This document shows positions 9,762-19,561 of a DNA stretch of 64,000 nt, one piece after another (position 1 is the first letter of the stretch; every line of letters starts with the position of its first letter). The translations under genes were made by a program, and so were the position numbers. The stretch lies in the IMG/VR virus record IMGVR_UViG_3300025168_013179, positions 33,787-97,786 of that record; one strand, given 5' to 3'. The notes beneath the pieces are model-generated. The model saw nothing but the letters and a program-made list of their open reading frames with translations, was not told the DNA's origin and made no database searches. Source of the DNA: a virus.

Positions 9762-11074
9762 ACTTTTTTAAGTTTAGGAAGTTTAATAGCAGGTGGTGTT
9801 GATGCACCTGGTTTATTTAATTTAGGAAGTGAAAGCTTTGGAAGAGTAAGCTCTACTTGTTGAGCAAATTCAGGTATGGTACTTTCAAATATCTTTTTTA
9901 ATTTAAAGACCATGTTATCGAAACTGAAATTTGTTTTATTTTGATGTCTTAGTTTTTTAGCATAAGTAATATATTTCTTATAATGTTTAAATATATTCTT
10001 ATATGCTTTTCCAACTTCAATAGAGTCAGCTTTAAACCAAGCAGCTTGAGATAACAATACATTTTTTTGAACTGATGATGGGTGAAGTTGTTCTAACTTA
10101 CCATTAAGAAGAGTAGCATATTGTTTATCTAAAAAATCTAAATGACCAGACCATCCTGAAGCTATAATTGGTTTACCTATCAAGCTAAATTCAAGCAATG
10201 GTCTACCAAAACCTTCTCCTCTTGTAAGCGATACCATAGCTTTAATCTTAGGGTGATTGTATATATCGTTAATTTCACTATCAGTTAAGTCTCCATGTAT
10301 CACATATACGTTAGGTAATTTACCTTTAACAGTATTCTTAATAGATTGGATTTTATTTAACAGAGTAGACTTATCCATTAATGAAGTATTAGCATGAGAA
10401 GTTTTTAAAACTAAAGCTGGTTGGTTGGTCTTATTTTTAAATGTTTCTAAGAAAGACTTAATAGTAAAGCCTATATCTTTTCTATCATGACCATACTCTC
10501 CTTTTAACCAATGTCCAACAACTAAAAAACAAAACGATTCTTTAATCATAGACAAATCAAAACTTGAATTCTTAGGTAAGTACTTATCTAAGTCTGCTCC
10601 TTCTAATAATACTTCAATTGGTTTATTAACCTGTACCTTAGAAGTAATTTGACCAGTTTTATTATCTTTTACTTCCCAAGCTGTTTTTAAAAATACATCT
10701 TTACTGTGCTCAGAAGATGTCAATGTTAGATTCATTCTATTAACTCCTTGAATCCAACTTTGATCTACTAAAGTTGCTTCTATACCTGCTGTTACTCCTA
10801 TACTATACTCACCTACGGGTTGAAATTCATTAGGAACTGTTATCTGTATCCATATTTCAGGTTTCTTATCTACCTGAGGAACTATTAAAGAGGATAGTTC
10901 ACCCTCGTTATGATCGTTCAAATAGCCGAATCTAGTATTACCCCATCGTTGAGATAGTAATTTTACATTATACTTATCTAATTTTAGAACTGCTTTTATA
11001 AAATCCCTTGATCTTGCTCCGTAGCCTGAATAAGTATCTACTGGAGAGCTTATAAACATTGTTGGTTTATTCAT
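9758..11074 (-). CDS. GT-B (GT4-like) glycosyltransferase
   Basis: SGYG, RKD and EGFGRPLLE motifs. Confidence 0.85.
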   Translation of the reverse strand: MNKPTMFISSPVDTYSGYGARSRDFIKAVLKLDKYNVKLLSQRWGNTRFGYLNDHNEGELSSLIVPQVDKKPEIWIQITVPNEFQPVGEYSIGVTAGIEATLVDQSWIQGVNRMNLTLTSSEHSKDVFLKTAWEVKDNKTGQITSKVQVNKPIEVLLEGADLDKYLPKNSSFDLSMIKESFCFLVVGHWLKGEYGHDRKDIGFTIKSFLETFKNKTNQPALVLKTSHANTSLMDKSTLLNKIQSIKNTVKGKLPNVYVIHGDLTDSEINDIYNHPKIKAMVSLTRGEGFGRPLLEFSLIGKPIIASGWSGHLDFLDKQYATLLNGKLEQLHPSSVQKNVLLSQAAWFKADSIEVGKAYKNIFKHYKKYITYAKKLRHQNKTNFSFDNMVFKLKKIFESTIPEFAQQVELTLPKLSLPKLNKPGASTPPAIKLPKLKKV

Positions 11075-11075
11075 A

Positions 11076-12512
11076 TTAATATCCTGTTAATTTATGAGTT
11101 ACTTTAAGCGATGGTGCTTTATCAACATGAAAGACTTCGTGTCTAGGTCTAGGTTTAAAAGTTGCTAAAGTTTCATCTATACTATTAATCATATTTTTAC
11201 ACATATGGTCTGCTGTCATTTGAGCTTCGTCAGACTGAGCCCATAAACTACCAGCTATCCCTCTTCTATCTCTTTCTTCTTTTGGAATATCATATACCTT
11301 TTTTATAGCAGCAGCTATATCCTCAGGGTTAGACCTATCGTCGTATATATAAGGAGTCATAGGAGACCCTGCTAGAGAAATATTAGAAGGGAAAACAGGT
11401 ACTGCCCATTCGCCACATTTTTTATAAGTACCTCTATGATTAGAAGGAAAGTCAGCATCGAAGTCTATCCAATCACCATTTTCATCTTCAAATCTTAATT
11501 GATCTTGCATTCCTCCTGTTGCTGCTCCTATTATCATCGTACCAGACATCATTGATTCTGTTAAAGATAATCCCCATCCCTCATTAGATGAGATTAAAGT
11601 AGTAACATCACACATATTATACATAAAGTTCATTTGAGCAGATGATATTTTTGCAGTAGAAAAATAAACATTACCTTCTGGGTACACAGCTTCTTTTACT
11701 GCTTTTAAATCTGTACCGTGATTATTAGAAACTTCTGTATGCATTATTAATCCACATCTCTTTGCTTTTTCTTCTCCTATCATATCACAGAAGAATTTAA
11801 ATGATAAGATAATGTCACCTGGTCTCTTTCTGTGAATATTTCTTGAGTTAAAATAAACTAAGAAATCTACATCTGGATTATTAATAGTCTTTTGTTTAAA
11901 CTTTACAAGTTCTGGGTATAGGGGATTTTCTTTTACTATTGGAAAGAAATGCTTATTATTAATTCCATGAGGAACATAATTAATAATTTTATCTATAGCT
12001 TCATCACCTAGTACTAATTTATTTATATTAACAGTCTGTTTAGATATACCCATTAAACAGTCTACAGAGTTATAATAATCTCTATTATATACTGGAGCAG
12101 GATAGTCATCCCAAATATTTAACCATACGATTGGAATTTTATTTCTTATTTCTCTTTCAATTTCAAATAACCAAATCCAGTATCTAGGGTCAGTAAAAAT
12201 AAAAATAGCATCTGGTTTTTCTTTTTCTAGTAAGCTTCTAATTAAGGTACTATTTCCATAACCTTCAAAAGGCATAATATGCACTTTTGCATCAGTTATA
12301 CCTGCATTTTTATTTACGTCATCAGAAATGTCTACAAGTTTTCCATTCTCTGGATGTTTAAGAGCAGCTCCAACTTGGAACCAATTGTATTTATGCGCTG
12401 ATCCGACCACTAATTCCCTAGACATTGTTGCTATCCCAGAGTGCATTCTTAAATCATCACTAAGTAAAAGTATTTTCTTTCTTTTACTCTTTTCAATATA
12501 ACCTTCTACCAT
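11076..12512 (-). CDS. GT-B (GT4-like) glycosyltransferase
   Basis: PHGI, RKRP and EGWGLSLTE motifs. Confidence 0.85.
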   Translation of the reverse strand: MVEGYIEKSKRKKILLLSDDLRMHSGIATMSRELVVGSAHKYNWFQVGAALKHPENGKLVDISDDVNKNAGITDAKVHIMPFEGYGNSTLIRSLLEKEKPDAIFIFTDPRYWIWLFEIEREIRNKIPIVWLNIWDDYPAPVYNRDYYNSVDCLMGISKQTVNINKLVLGDEAIDKIINYVPHGINNKHFFPIVKENPLYPELVKFKQKTINNPDVDFLVYFNSRNIHRKRPGDIILSFKFFCDMIGEEKAKRCGLIMHTEVSNNHGTDLKAVKEAVYPEGNVYFSTAKISSAQMNFMYNMCDVTTLISSNEGWGLSLTESMMSGTMIIGAATGGMQDQLRFEDENGDWIDFDADFPSNHRGTYKKCGEWAVPVFPSNISLAGSPMTPYIYDDRSNPEDIAAAIKKVYDIPKEERDRRGIAGSLWAQSDEAQMTADHMCKNMINSIDETLATFKPRPRHEVFHVDKAPSLKVTHKLTGY

Positions 12513-12700
12513 TATTTACTGTATTTAATATTATTTTGTTTATGTATCTTATCCTTAAAGGTCTTATCAGTAAGGTATAAATAAATTGCACGATCTGCAA
12601 GCTTTTTAAAAGAAAAATTTTCTTGAAGGCAAGCCATTTTAAAATGATCGAAAAGGGGTTGAGTAATTTTAACCGAAGTTAATTTTTCATTTCTTATCAT
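12512..12700 (-). CDS. Small ribbon-helix-helix-like DNA-binding protein
   Basis: beta strand (LTSVKI) followed by two helices, 62 aa; heads the glycan operon. Confidence 0.45.
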   Translation of the reverse strand: MIRNEKLTSVKITQPLFDHFKMACLQENFSFKKLADRAIYLYLTDKTFKDKIHKQNNIKYSK

Positions 12701-12735
12701 AACTATATATCTTTATATATTTATATATAAATAGG

Positions 12736-13653
12736 CTAAAATCCCGAAAATGGTAAACAGTGATCACACTTACCAAGAGGAGACTTACAGCTATGGTCTA
12801 TATCTAAATACTTACCTTTATCATCTAATACATTAGTTAAAAAATTATTCATAGACTCTATAACTTGTTTAGTTTTTCTAGGGCCTGAGTTAGGTTTAAA
12901 CTCTTGAACTCTTCTTTGCATAGATGCAAATTCAGCATCTTTAGGTACTCTTCTTTTAACTATAAAGAACTCTACATTAATCTTACTAGGGTCTATGTTA
13001 AATTGCTTAGCAAAGAACTCTCTATATAAGATAACCTGAGCAGTTAGGTTAGGATTCTTTTTGTAAGTATCATTCCATCCTCTAGTAGAAGTCTTTATAT
13101 CCATAACTGTCCAAGTATCAGTATTAGGGTGATAGAAGACTAAGTCAACTAATCCTTTAAATACCACACCTGGTTTAATCTGCTGATATAATAATGTCTC
13201 TACTCCTGCAAGCTTCATAGTCTTAGTACCGAAGTATATAGACCTCTTCTTTTTAATAAAGTCTAATATATGTTTACCGTCTAACCAAAAGCTATTAAGT
13301 TCATCTGCATTAGAGTAGTGCTCATGACCGTTAACTGCCTTACCTGATCTATATGCTTTAATCATATTGTCATATAAAAGGTTATTAATATCTATTTCAT
13401 TAGCATCTTTAACAGAGTTATGATACATTACCTCTAAGTAATGCTGTAACGTTTCATGAAATGCTGTACCAAAAGTAGTATAGATATTTTGAGTAAACGG
13501 TACTGCTCTCTTTCTATATTGCATATCCCATAACTTAGGACATTTGTTATAAGTGCTAATAGAACTATACGAAATGTGAGTTAACTTAGAAGGTGTTTGT
13601 TTGATTTTACTCTCCCAAACGACCTTCACAGGTCCTTTTAGTTTTCTTTTCAA
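12736..13653 (-). CDS. PD-(D/E)XK exonuclease (Cas4/RecB-like)
   Basis: SYSS..CP, GTAFHE, GLVD...MDIKT and QxxxY motifs; C-terminal Cys cluster. Confidence 0.8.
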   Translation of the reverse strand: MKRKLKGPVKVVWESKIKQTPSKLTHISYSSISTYNKCPKLWDMQYRKRAVPFTQNIYTTFGTAFHETLQHYLEVMYHNSVKDANEIDINNLLYDNMIKAYRSGKAVNGHEHYSNADELNSFWLDGKHILDFIKKKRSIYFGTKTMKLAGVETLLYQQIKPGVVFKGLVDLVFYHPNTDTWTVMDIKTSTRGWNDTYKKNPNLTAQVILYREFFAKQFNIDPSKINVEFFIVKRRVPKDAEFASMQRRVQEFKPNSGPRKTKQVIESMNNFLTNVLDDKGKYLDIDHSCKSPLGKCDHCLPFSGF

Positions 13654-13659
13654 TATATT

Positions 13660-14010
13660 TTATTTAGATTTCTTCCATAAACCCTTTTGTACTATCTGAG
13701 ATATAATACCATAGTTACTTAAGTCTTGAAAAGTATCTATTAAAGATTCGTTGTGAGCTTTTCTATTTGATAGAATCATATTCTTCCATCTATTTACTTT
13801 ATCTGATATTCTATACCAGAGTCCAACTAAAGCGAAGTCAACTTCTTCTTGATTTACTAATTGAGTACCAGCGGCTACATTACCCATACCGTAGTCTAAA
13901 TGCTTCTTAGCAAATAGTTCAAACTGTTCGTCTGATATATCTTTATAGGCTTTGTAAATAAGTGGGTACTCTTTTTTTAGTACCGGGAGGGCTTTTATAG
14001 GTTCTTTCAT
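13660..14010 (-). CDS. DUF1599/Nmad1-like helical nucleotide-modification-associated protein
   Basis: KHLDYG, RISDKVNR and ESLIDTFQDLSNYG motifs. Confidence 0.7.
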   Translation of the reverse strand: MKEPIKALPVLKKEYPLIYKAYKDISDEQFELFAKKHLDYGMGNVAAGTQLVNQEEVDFALVGLWYRISDKVNRWKNMILSNRKAHNESLIDTFQDLSNYGIISQIVQKGLWKKSK

Positions 14011-14016
14011 ATAATT

Positions 14017-14046
14017 AAGATAAGAAAAATATCTATAAGAACCAAC
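14017..14046 (-). promoter_or_regulatory. Bacteroidetes-type -33/-7 promoter
   Basis: GTTG-N18-CTTATCTT. Confidence 0.7.
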
Positions 14047-15203
14047 TACATATAGATAATTCTGCTGTCGTCTCCTCTATTAATTTTACCTCTTCGTCCA
14101 TCAGCAAGAGTAACAACAATGCTGTTAGGTTTAGTTTCAAATCTTGGTTTCTTATCTAAAAAAGTTCTAGTACCGTCTTTTTCTATAATCATGTACTTAG
14201 CATAATTTTTTGTAAAGTCTTTAAAATCTCCAGTAGACTCTTCTTCTATTACTTTACTATCTTTATCGTAATGATCTCCATCATTACCATTCTGACCTAT
14301 AATATTCATTCTGTTTTCATCATAATCTTCAGGAAAGATTCTGCTCTCTTCTTTAGATACTTCTTTTTCACCGTATATGTTTTTTAATTTCCTAGGGTAA
14401 GCTATATCAAAAGCAAAATTAGCAGCTACAACTAATGAAATTGCTAAAGGATCGAATACAAAAATAATTACTAATAAAAGAATATTAATAATAACATCCA
14501 TTGGAGTATCTGTTAAACCGGATAAATATTTTAATGGTCCTAATTCTCCAGCTATCTCTGAATTATTATTTAGGTTAAGTATTTGTAATTTAAATTTTTG
14601 TAAGCTATCAGCAGCTATCTGTCTTTTTTCTTGAACAGCTTTTCTATTCTCTTCTTCAACTTCAATACGTTTCTGCGAAAGCCTAAGTTCGGCAGTAGAG
14701 ATGGTTGATCTAACGCCCCCAGAAACCGTGGTGTCTCGTACCTGGATCGACTGAGCCTTGGCATTAGAAAGAATAGCAATATTACTGCTAATTTGTGTAA
14801 GCTCTTTTTCGTAGCGTTGTATATCGTCTTCATAAAATTGTGCTTTATTATCTAAAAATTCTATTTTATTTTCATTAATTAGTAAGTTAGCATAAGTATC
14901 TTGATATGCTGCACTTAAAAATCCATAAATACCCATACTAGTAATAACTACTAATACTATAGCAGCCACAATAAGATACGCTCTAAGAGCTTTATTTATA
15001 GTATCCCAGTACTGGTATAAAAGCGATGCTATAACTAACTTAGCTACTTCTAAAGAACCAGCCATTATAATTACTTCAAATTGTGCTCCTGCAAATAGCT
15101 TACTTAATCCATATACTGAATAAAATGCTGCTGATGCAGATACTGATAGAGCAGAAAAGGCAATAATAAAAGGAAATAAACCTTTTTTCACATTTTTCCA
15201 CAT
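14046..15203 (-). CDS. Membrane protein with coiled coil
   Basis: Three N-terminal TM segments, coiled coil, then IFVFDPLAI TM. Confidence 0.7.
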   Translation of the reverse strand: MWKNVKKGLFPFIIAFSALSVSASAAFYSVYGLSKLFAGAQFEVIIMAGSLEVAKLVIASLLYQYWDTINKALRAYLIVAAIVLVVITSMGIYGFLSAAYQDTYANLLINENKIEFLDNKAQFYEDDIQRYEKELTQISSNIAILSNAKAQSIQVRDTTVSGGVRSTISTAELRLSQKRIEVEEENRKAVQEKRQIAADSLQKFKLQILNLNNNSEIAGELGPLKYLSGLTDTPMDVIINILLLVIIFVFDPLAISLVVAANFAFDIAYPRKLKNIYGEKEVSKEESRIFPEDYDENRMNIIGQNGNDGDHYDKDSKVIEEESTGDFKDFTKNYAKYMIIEKDGTRTFLDKKPRFETKPNSIVVTLADGRRGKINRGDDSRIIYM

Positions 15204-15229
15204 AATATTGTTTATTATAAATAGTTAAG

Positions 15230-15670
15230 TTAGTTGCCAATCACTTGAAGGAGTACGGCAGCTAATCCTATTGCAGATCCTATTTGGTAGAGTTTCTTTT
15301 GCCTATTAGCTTTTTTTAAAGCTGATTGTAGATCTTTAGATAAGTCAGCTTGAGTGTCTATTTGACTATCTTTCTGTAGTATAATGCTGTTTAAAGTAGA
15401 AGTTTGAGTCTTAAGATTATTAACTAAATCCGACTGTGTGACTAACTTTTCGTTAGTAACTGATATCAGCTTAAACATAGCATCTAATTCTTTTGAACTA
15501 GCATCTCCTTGTATTAAATCCTTTATAACTAATTTAGCTATAGGGTTACTTAACTGTATCGTTTTCGTAGAGTCTGCCTTTATATCGTTCTGCGAAAAAC
15601 TGCTCAAGCATATCATCACCGAAATAATCGATAGCATCAAGCTTTTGTTTAGTTTCTTTTTTAATAACAT
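15230..15670 (-). CDS. Exported coiled-coil protein (possible spanin component)
   Basis: Signal-like N-terminus, C-terminal hydrophobic tail, near endolysin; true start probably downstream. Confidence 0.4.
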   Translation of the reverse strand: MLLKKKLNKSLMLSIISVMICLSSFSQNDIKADSTKTIQLSNPIAKLVIKDLIQGDASSKELDAMFKLISVTNEKLVTQSDLVNNLKTQTSTLNSIILQKDSQIDTQADLSKDLQSALKKANRQKKLYQIGSAIGLAAVLLQVIGN

Positions 15671-15902
15671 TTATGTTTCTATTTAAATTATCTATTTTAA
15701 TATCGTAAGCTGCTACTGCTTTCTCTAGTTCTTTAGATTCTACCTGTAAGCTATCATTAACTGTTTCTAATGATAAAATTTTTTGTTGAAGAATATTAAT
15801 TTGAAGTTCATACTTAGCAATATCTATAGTAGGTTTTTTATCTATTATATAGAAAATAGCTAAAGTAGTAAGACACAGTAATATAACACTTGTTCTGTTC
15901 AT
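15546..15902 (-). CDS. TM-anchored coiled-coil protein (possible i-spanin)
   Basis: N-terminal TM plus coiled coil next to amidase. Confidence 0.45.
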   Translation of the reverse strand: MNRTSVILLCLTTLAIFYIIDKKPTIDIAKYELQINILQQKILSLETVNDSLQVESKELEKAVAAYDIKIDNLNRNINVIKKETKQKLDAIDYFGDDMLEQFFAERYKGRLYENDTVK

Positions 15903-15929
15903 TATTATAATATAAGAAAACTAATTCGA

Positions 15930-16421
15930 TTAAGCAACTAGTGCTGCTTGAAATCTTTCCCATTCAAAGGCTGATCCTGGATCTACCTTACCTTTTCTAT
16001 CTCCTCTAACGTGATCTCCAGAACAATCTGAATGTCTTACAATGTTAGAAGCTGGAATATTATATTGTTTCATCCACCATTTACAAGTAGATAGTGCTGA
16101 TTCAAATTGAGCTTCCGAGTAAGTACCTGGTTGTTTAATTGCCTGTGTAAAAGAGTAGTACGACTGTTTGCCTGGCACTAGTAACTCAAAGCCTAAGTAA
16201 TGAGAGTTTAGGTTAGATAACCCATCCCATTTTGATTTACCGGCATGAAAAGCTTTACCAGGAGAAGAGATCATTTTCTCATAAGTTCCATCAGGGTGAA
16301 TAAATCCATGTACGGATAATTTTAACTCCTTTAAGAAATCGTGGGCTGTTATCCACTCGTCCTTCCATTGAAGGTATTCGCCCATACTATGTATTACTAT
16401 TCCTTTTGGTATAATTGCCAT
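15930..16421 (-). CDS. N-acetylmuramoyl-L-alanine amidase (Amidase_2 endolysin)
   Basis: IVIHS, SVH, AFHAG, GFE, RHSD and KVDPG motifs. Confidence 0.85.
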   Translation of the reverse strand: MAIIPKGIVIHSMGEYLQWKDEWITAHDFLKELKLSVHGFIHPDGTYEKMISSPGKAFHAGKSKWDGLSNLNSHYLGFELLVPGKQSYYSFTQAIKQPGTYSEAQFESALSTCKWWMKQYNIPASNIVRHSDCSGDHVRGDRKGKVDPGSAFEWERFQAALVA

Positions 16422-16435
16422 CTTAACTACATTAT

Positions 16436-16837
16436 TTAAAATTTACTTTCGTTTAATAGTTCATCTATAACTTCTTGAATGTCTTCCCATGAATCCTTTA
16501 TAGCAAAATCTAAACCTGCTTTAAAATGTTTTTCATCGTACCCGTCAAAAAATATAATAATATGTGGAATTGTTCTAACTTTATGGTCTTTTTTAGCTTT
16601 AGGTGATTTAGAAATATCTACTTTATAGTATTTAATACCTTTTAATTTACCCCAATCACTAAATGAATTAGAATCATTAAATGAGGCCCAAAACTCTACA
16701 ACTACTATTGAAATGTCATCATCTTGAAAAGCTGATCGACCATTTATAGCTTCTTCAAAATTATCATCAGTTAAGATTTGCTGGCTGAAATTGCTCAGTG
16801 AAAATAATAATAATAATGCAACTATTAAATTTTTCAT
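16436..16837 (-). CDS. Secreted thioredoxin-fold protein lacking CxxC
   Basis: Signal peptide; VVEFWASFN in place of WCxxC; cis-Pro motif TIP. Confidence 0.7.
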   Translation of the reverse strand: MKNLIVALLLLFSLSNFSQQILTDDNFEEAINGRSAFQDDDISIVVVEFWASFNDSNSFSDWGKLKGIKYYKVDISKSPKAKKDHKVRTIPHIIIFFDGYDEKHFKAGLDFAIKDSWEDIQEVIDELLNESKF

Positions 16838-16841
16838 GTTA

Positions 16842-17123
16842 TTATCTTTTTTGAAGATCAAACAACCTCTCATCTATCTTCTTAAGTTGTTCTTTTATTT
16901 CTTCTACATCATCCTGAGTATTGATAATTGCATCTCTAATAGCTTCATCTTTCATTTGAAATTCTATTCTTTGAATCTCTGGTGCTGGAAGTTCTTTAGC
17001 TTCTTCAATGTCAGCTTGGAGTGCGAACCACATTCCTATTAAAGATGATAGCCCTACTACTATTAATCCAATTGTTTTAAGGTCTAAGGTAATCTTAGTC
17101 TCCTCTCCTATTTGTTTTGCCAT
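16842..17123 (-). CDS. Single-TM coiled-coil protein (holin-like)
   Basis: One TM segment followed by a charged coiled coil. Confidence 0.45.
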   Translation of the reverse strand: MAKQIGEETKITLDLKTIGLIVVGLSSLIGMWFALQADIEEAKELPAPEIQRIEFQMKDEAIRDAIINTQDDVEEIKEQLKKIDERLFDLQKR

Positions 17124-17126
17124 TTC

Positions 17127-17702
17127 TTAGTCTAATAAAAACCCATATGGAGTAGATGTTATATCTTGTCCTATTGGAAAGTTTTCTAATCTCATTGATA
17201 CTGTCATTGTTCTCTGAATATATGGATTGTAGAACTCTCCTTCAACAGTTAAACAAATTAATGAAGGGTCATAAAAATTATCTTCATCTGGTTTAACAAT
17301 TTCTCCTACTATTACTTCGTTCCAAACTATATACTCATCGTTACCAGGTATTTCTACACCAGCATATTTGTTATCTGGGCTTTCCCAAGTGTAAGTACCT
17401 ACATCCAATAATGAACCATCATCTACTGCATCTGAATCTAATAAGTACATTGCAAAGTGTTGTCTATCTAACCTTGCTTCACCATCATCTATTTGAAGAT
17501 ATAGAATAAATATTTTTCTTAGTTTACCATTAGCTCCTAATTGTTCTCCTCCAAAAGAAGTTACTATAGAGTATCTTTCATAGGGGTCAAATGAATCTCC
17601 ATCTAAACTTATTTCAAATAATAGTTCTCTTTCTTCTGCTACATCATCTTTGGAACATCCAAGGAAAAGTATAAGCGTTAAAAATAGTATTAATTTTTTC
17701 AT
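17127..17702 (-). CDS. Lipoprotein
   Basis: Lipobox FLGC followed by SKDD (Bacteroidetes-type export signal). Confidence 0.7.
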   Translation of the reverse strand: MKKLILFLTLILFLGCSKDDVAEERELLFEISLDGDSFDPYERYSIVTSFGGEQLGANGKLRKIFILYLQIDDGEARLDRQHFAMYLLDSDAVDDGSLLDVGTYTWESPDNKYAGVEIPGNDEYIVWNEVIVGEIVKPDEDNFYDPSLICLTVEGEFYNPYIQRTMTVSMRLENFPIGQDITSTPYGFLLD

Positions 17703-17710
17703 TATCTTTC

Positions 17711-18928
17711 TTATTTAAAGGTATAATTTAAACCGAATGTAGATTGATATAATTCACTATCCCACATCTTTGTATATTCACCTTCAACAAATATACCTAT
17801 ATTTTTTCCTACTTTCCAACCAAATGCTATTCCAGCTGAATAATCATCCCATTGTTCTTGATCGTTATCTAGTACTAATCCACCCTTTCCCCAGTTATTT
17901 CTATTTAGGTAAGAAAACTCTTCTTCTCCTTTAAAGTACTTATGGTAAGGAAGTATGTAGTTTGCATAACCATGTAACCAGAAGTCTCTTTTATAATGAT
18001 AAAAATCAAATCCAACGATAGGAGCTACTTCAACCCATGAGTCTAATTCCTCCCAAGCTTCGTTATTATACCTATTCATCAAATCTCCGAATACATTTTC
18101 TCTAAAATCAATGTCAGAATATGCTACTATTTCTCCGTTTTCATTTTTCCAAATCCAATCTTGAGTTGTAGCTCCAGTATTAACATCTGTATAAGTTGTA
18201 AAATGGTCTGAATAACCATATTCAAATCCTAAAGTGTACCAAGGATTTGCTGGGTATTCAAATTCTTCATCAGTGTTAGGATCTGTGTACATTTTAGTTT
18301 CATTTAACCATATTTCAATTGGATTGTATCCATATGCTCTTTCATGTCCTCTTGCTATTGCTCCAGCTGATATAGAAAACTTCTTACCTATTGGTAGTCT
18401 AGCTCTTACTTCTGCTGAGAAGTACTCTAGGTTTATCTTATCTTCTTCTCTGCTTTCAAGTTTAACAATATGATACTTACCTGTATGTTTTAAAAACAAG
18501 TGATGGTTCTGAAATTCTTCACCTCTCCATCTTTCTTTTTCAAAATGAATCTGATACTCTAACCCTTTAACTGCTGATGTTGGAGCTGCAAATGTTAGTT
18601 GGTTCTCTGTTCCGTCGTAAAAGTTTTTAGGTTTTCTTTCGTAATCATATCTTGCTAGTTTTCTAATACCAAATCCAAGTCTATAATCGAATGGATATAC
18701 TGGTGTAACATCTATTACATCTGGTATAGAATATAAACTACCATCTTGGTTAGTTCTTACAAAGTAAGATGGTGCTGCTGCTTCAATAGAGTTAGATATA
18801 TCTCCAGCAACATAAACTGTACCGTATTTTAAGAAATCGTCGTATATGGATTTAAAAAGGTTAGGTTTATCCTGAGCGTTAGCTGCGGTGCTAAGGCATA
18901 ACAGGGTGATTAGTATTAATTTTTTCAT
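17711..18928 (-). CDS. Putative outer-membrane beta-barrel protein
   Basis: Signal peptide, aromatic alternating strands, C-terminal FGLNYTFK. Confidence 0.6.
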   Translation of the reverse strand: MKKLILITLLCLSTAANAQDKPNLFKSIYDDFLKYGTVYVAGDISNSIEAAAPSYFVRTNQDGSLYSIPDVIDVTPVYPFDYRLGFGIRKLARYDYERKPKNFYDGTENQLTFAAPTSAVKGLEYQIHFEKERWRGEEFQNHHLFLKHTGKYHIVKLESREEDKINLEYFSAEVRARLPIGKKFSISAGAIARGHERAYGYNPIEIWLNETKMYTDPNTDEEFEYPANPWYTLGFEYGYSDHFTTYTDVNTGATTQDWIWKNENGEIVAYSDIDFRENVFGDLMNRYNNEAWEELDSWVEVAPIVGFDFYHYKRDFWLHGYANYILPYHKYFKGEEEFSYLNRNNWGKGGLVLDNDQEQWDDYSAGIAFGWKVGKNIGIFVEGEYTKMWDSELYQSTFGLNYTFK

Positions 18929-18939
18929 AATAAATATTT

Positions 18940-19194
18940 TTATTTTTTACTGCCAAATATTTTTCCTGCTTCTGCTATACCGAATGAACCAAGAACAATA
19001 TATACAAAAGAATCGTATATAAATTCATTGATTACTAAATCTTCACCTACATAACCTGTAACCAGGTCTGCAACTGCAAAAAGTACCATAATAGCGAATG
19101 CCATGAAACCAACTACTGATTTTTCGTTGATATCATTTTTTTCTTTGAATATGTCTGTAAAAGCCATCCATTTAAGTTTTAAGTTATTAAACAT
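18940..19194 (-). CDS. Small two-TM protein (holin-like)
   Basis: Two hydrophobic segments. Confidence 0.5.
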   Translation of the reverse strand: MFNNLKLKWMAFTDIFKEKNDINEKSVVGFMAFAIMVLFAVADLVTGYVGEDLVINEFIYDSFVYIVLGSFGIAEAGKIFGSKK

Positions 19195-19246
19195 ACGAAA
19201 ACAAGTTTAGGTGTAACGGTTTAATAATAAATAGCTAATATGACTA

Positions 19247-19269
19247 ATAAAAAAGAGGCCGAAGCCTCT
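19247..19269 (-). terminator. Intrinsic terminator
   Basis: AGAGGC-UUCG-GCCUCU followed by U6. Confidence 0.9.
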
Positions 19270-19314
19270 AATTATTTATCTGAATAAATTTCATCTTGTA
19301 ATCCGGAGAATAAT

Positions 19315-19539
19315 CTACGAACTGAGATCCTTGATCTCTTTGGGTCTGAACTCTTCATTGACGTGTCCACAGTCTCGGCAGTTAAAGACCGGGATGGGGA
19401 TGTAGGATGTTTTGCCTGTTCCTGTAAGGATTCCTGAGGCTTTTCTGAGAATGAGTCCTTGTTCAAAGTAGACTCCTCCGCATTTTTCGCAGGTGACTGA
19501 TTGGGTTTGGGTGATATCGACATTTAACTGGTTGTGCAT
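19315..19539 (-). CDS. Small zinc-ribbon protein
   Basis: CEKCG ... CRDCGH. Confidence 0.7.
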   Translation of the reverse strand: MHNQLNVDITQTQSVTCEKCGGVYFEQGLILRKASGILTGTGKTSYIPIPVFNCRDCGHVNEEFRPKEIKDLSS

Positions 19540-19561
19540 AACTTGTTTTTTTATACTAAGA

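Noticed and set aside
12736-13653. Cas4-like nuclease suggesting CRISPR-Cas
   Set aside because: No repeat-spacer array or other cas genes seen; solo Cas4-like nucleases are common in phages
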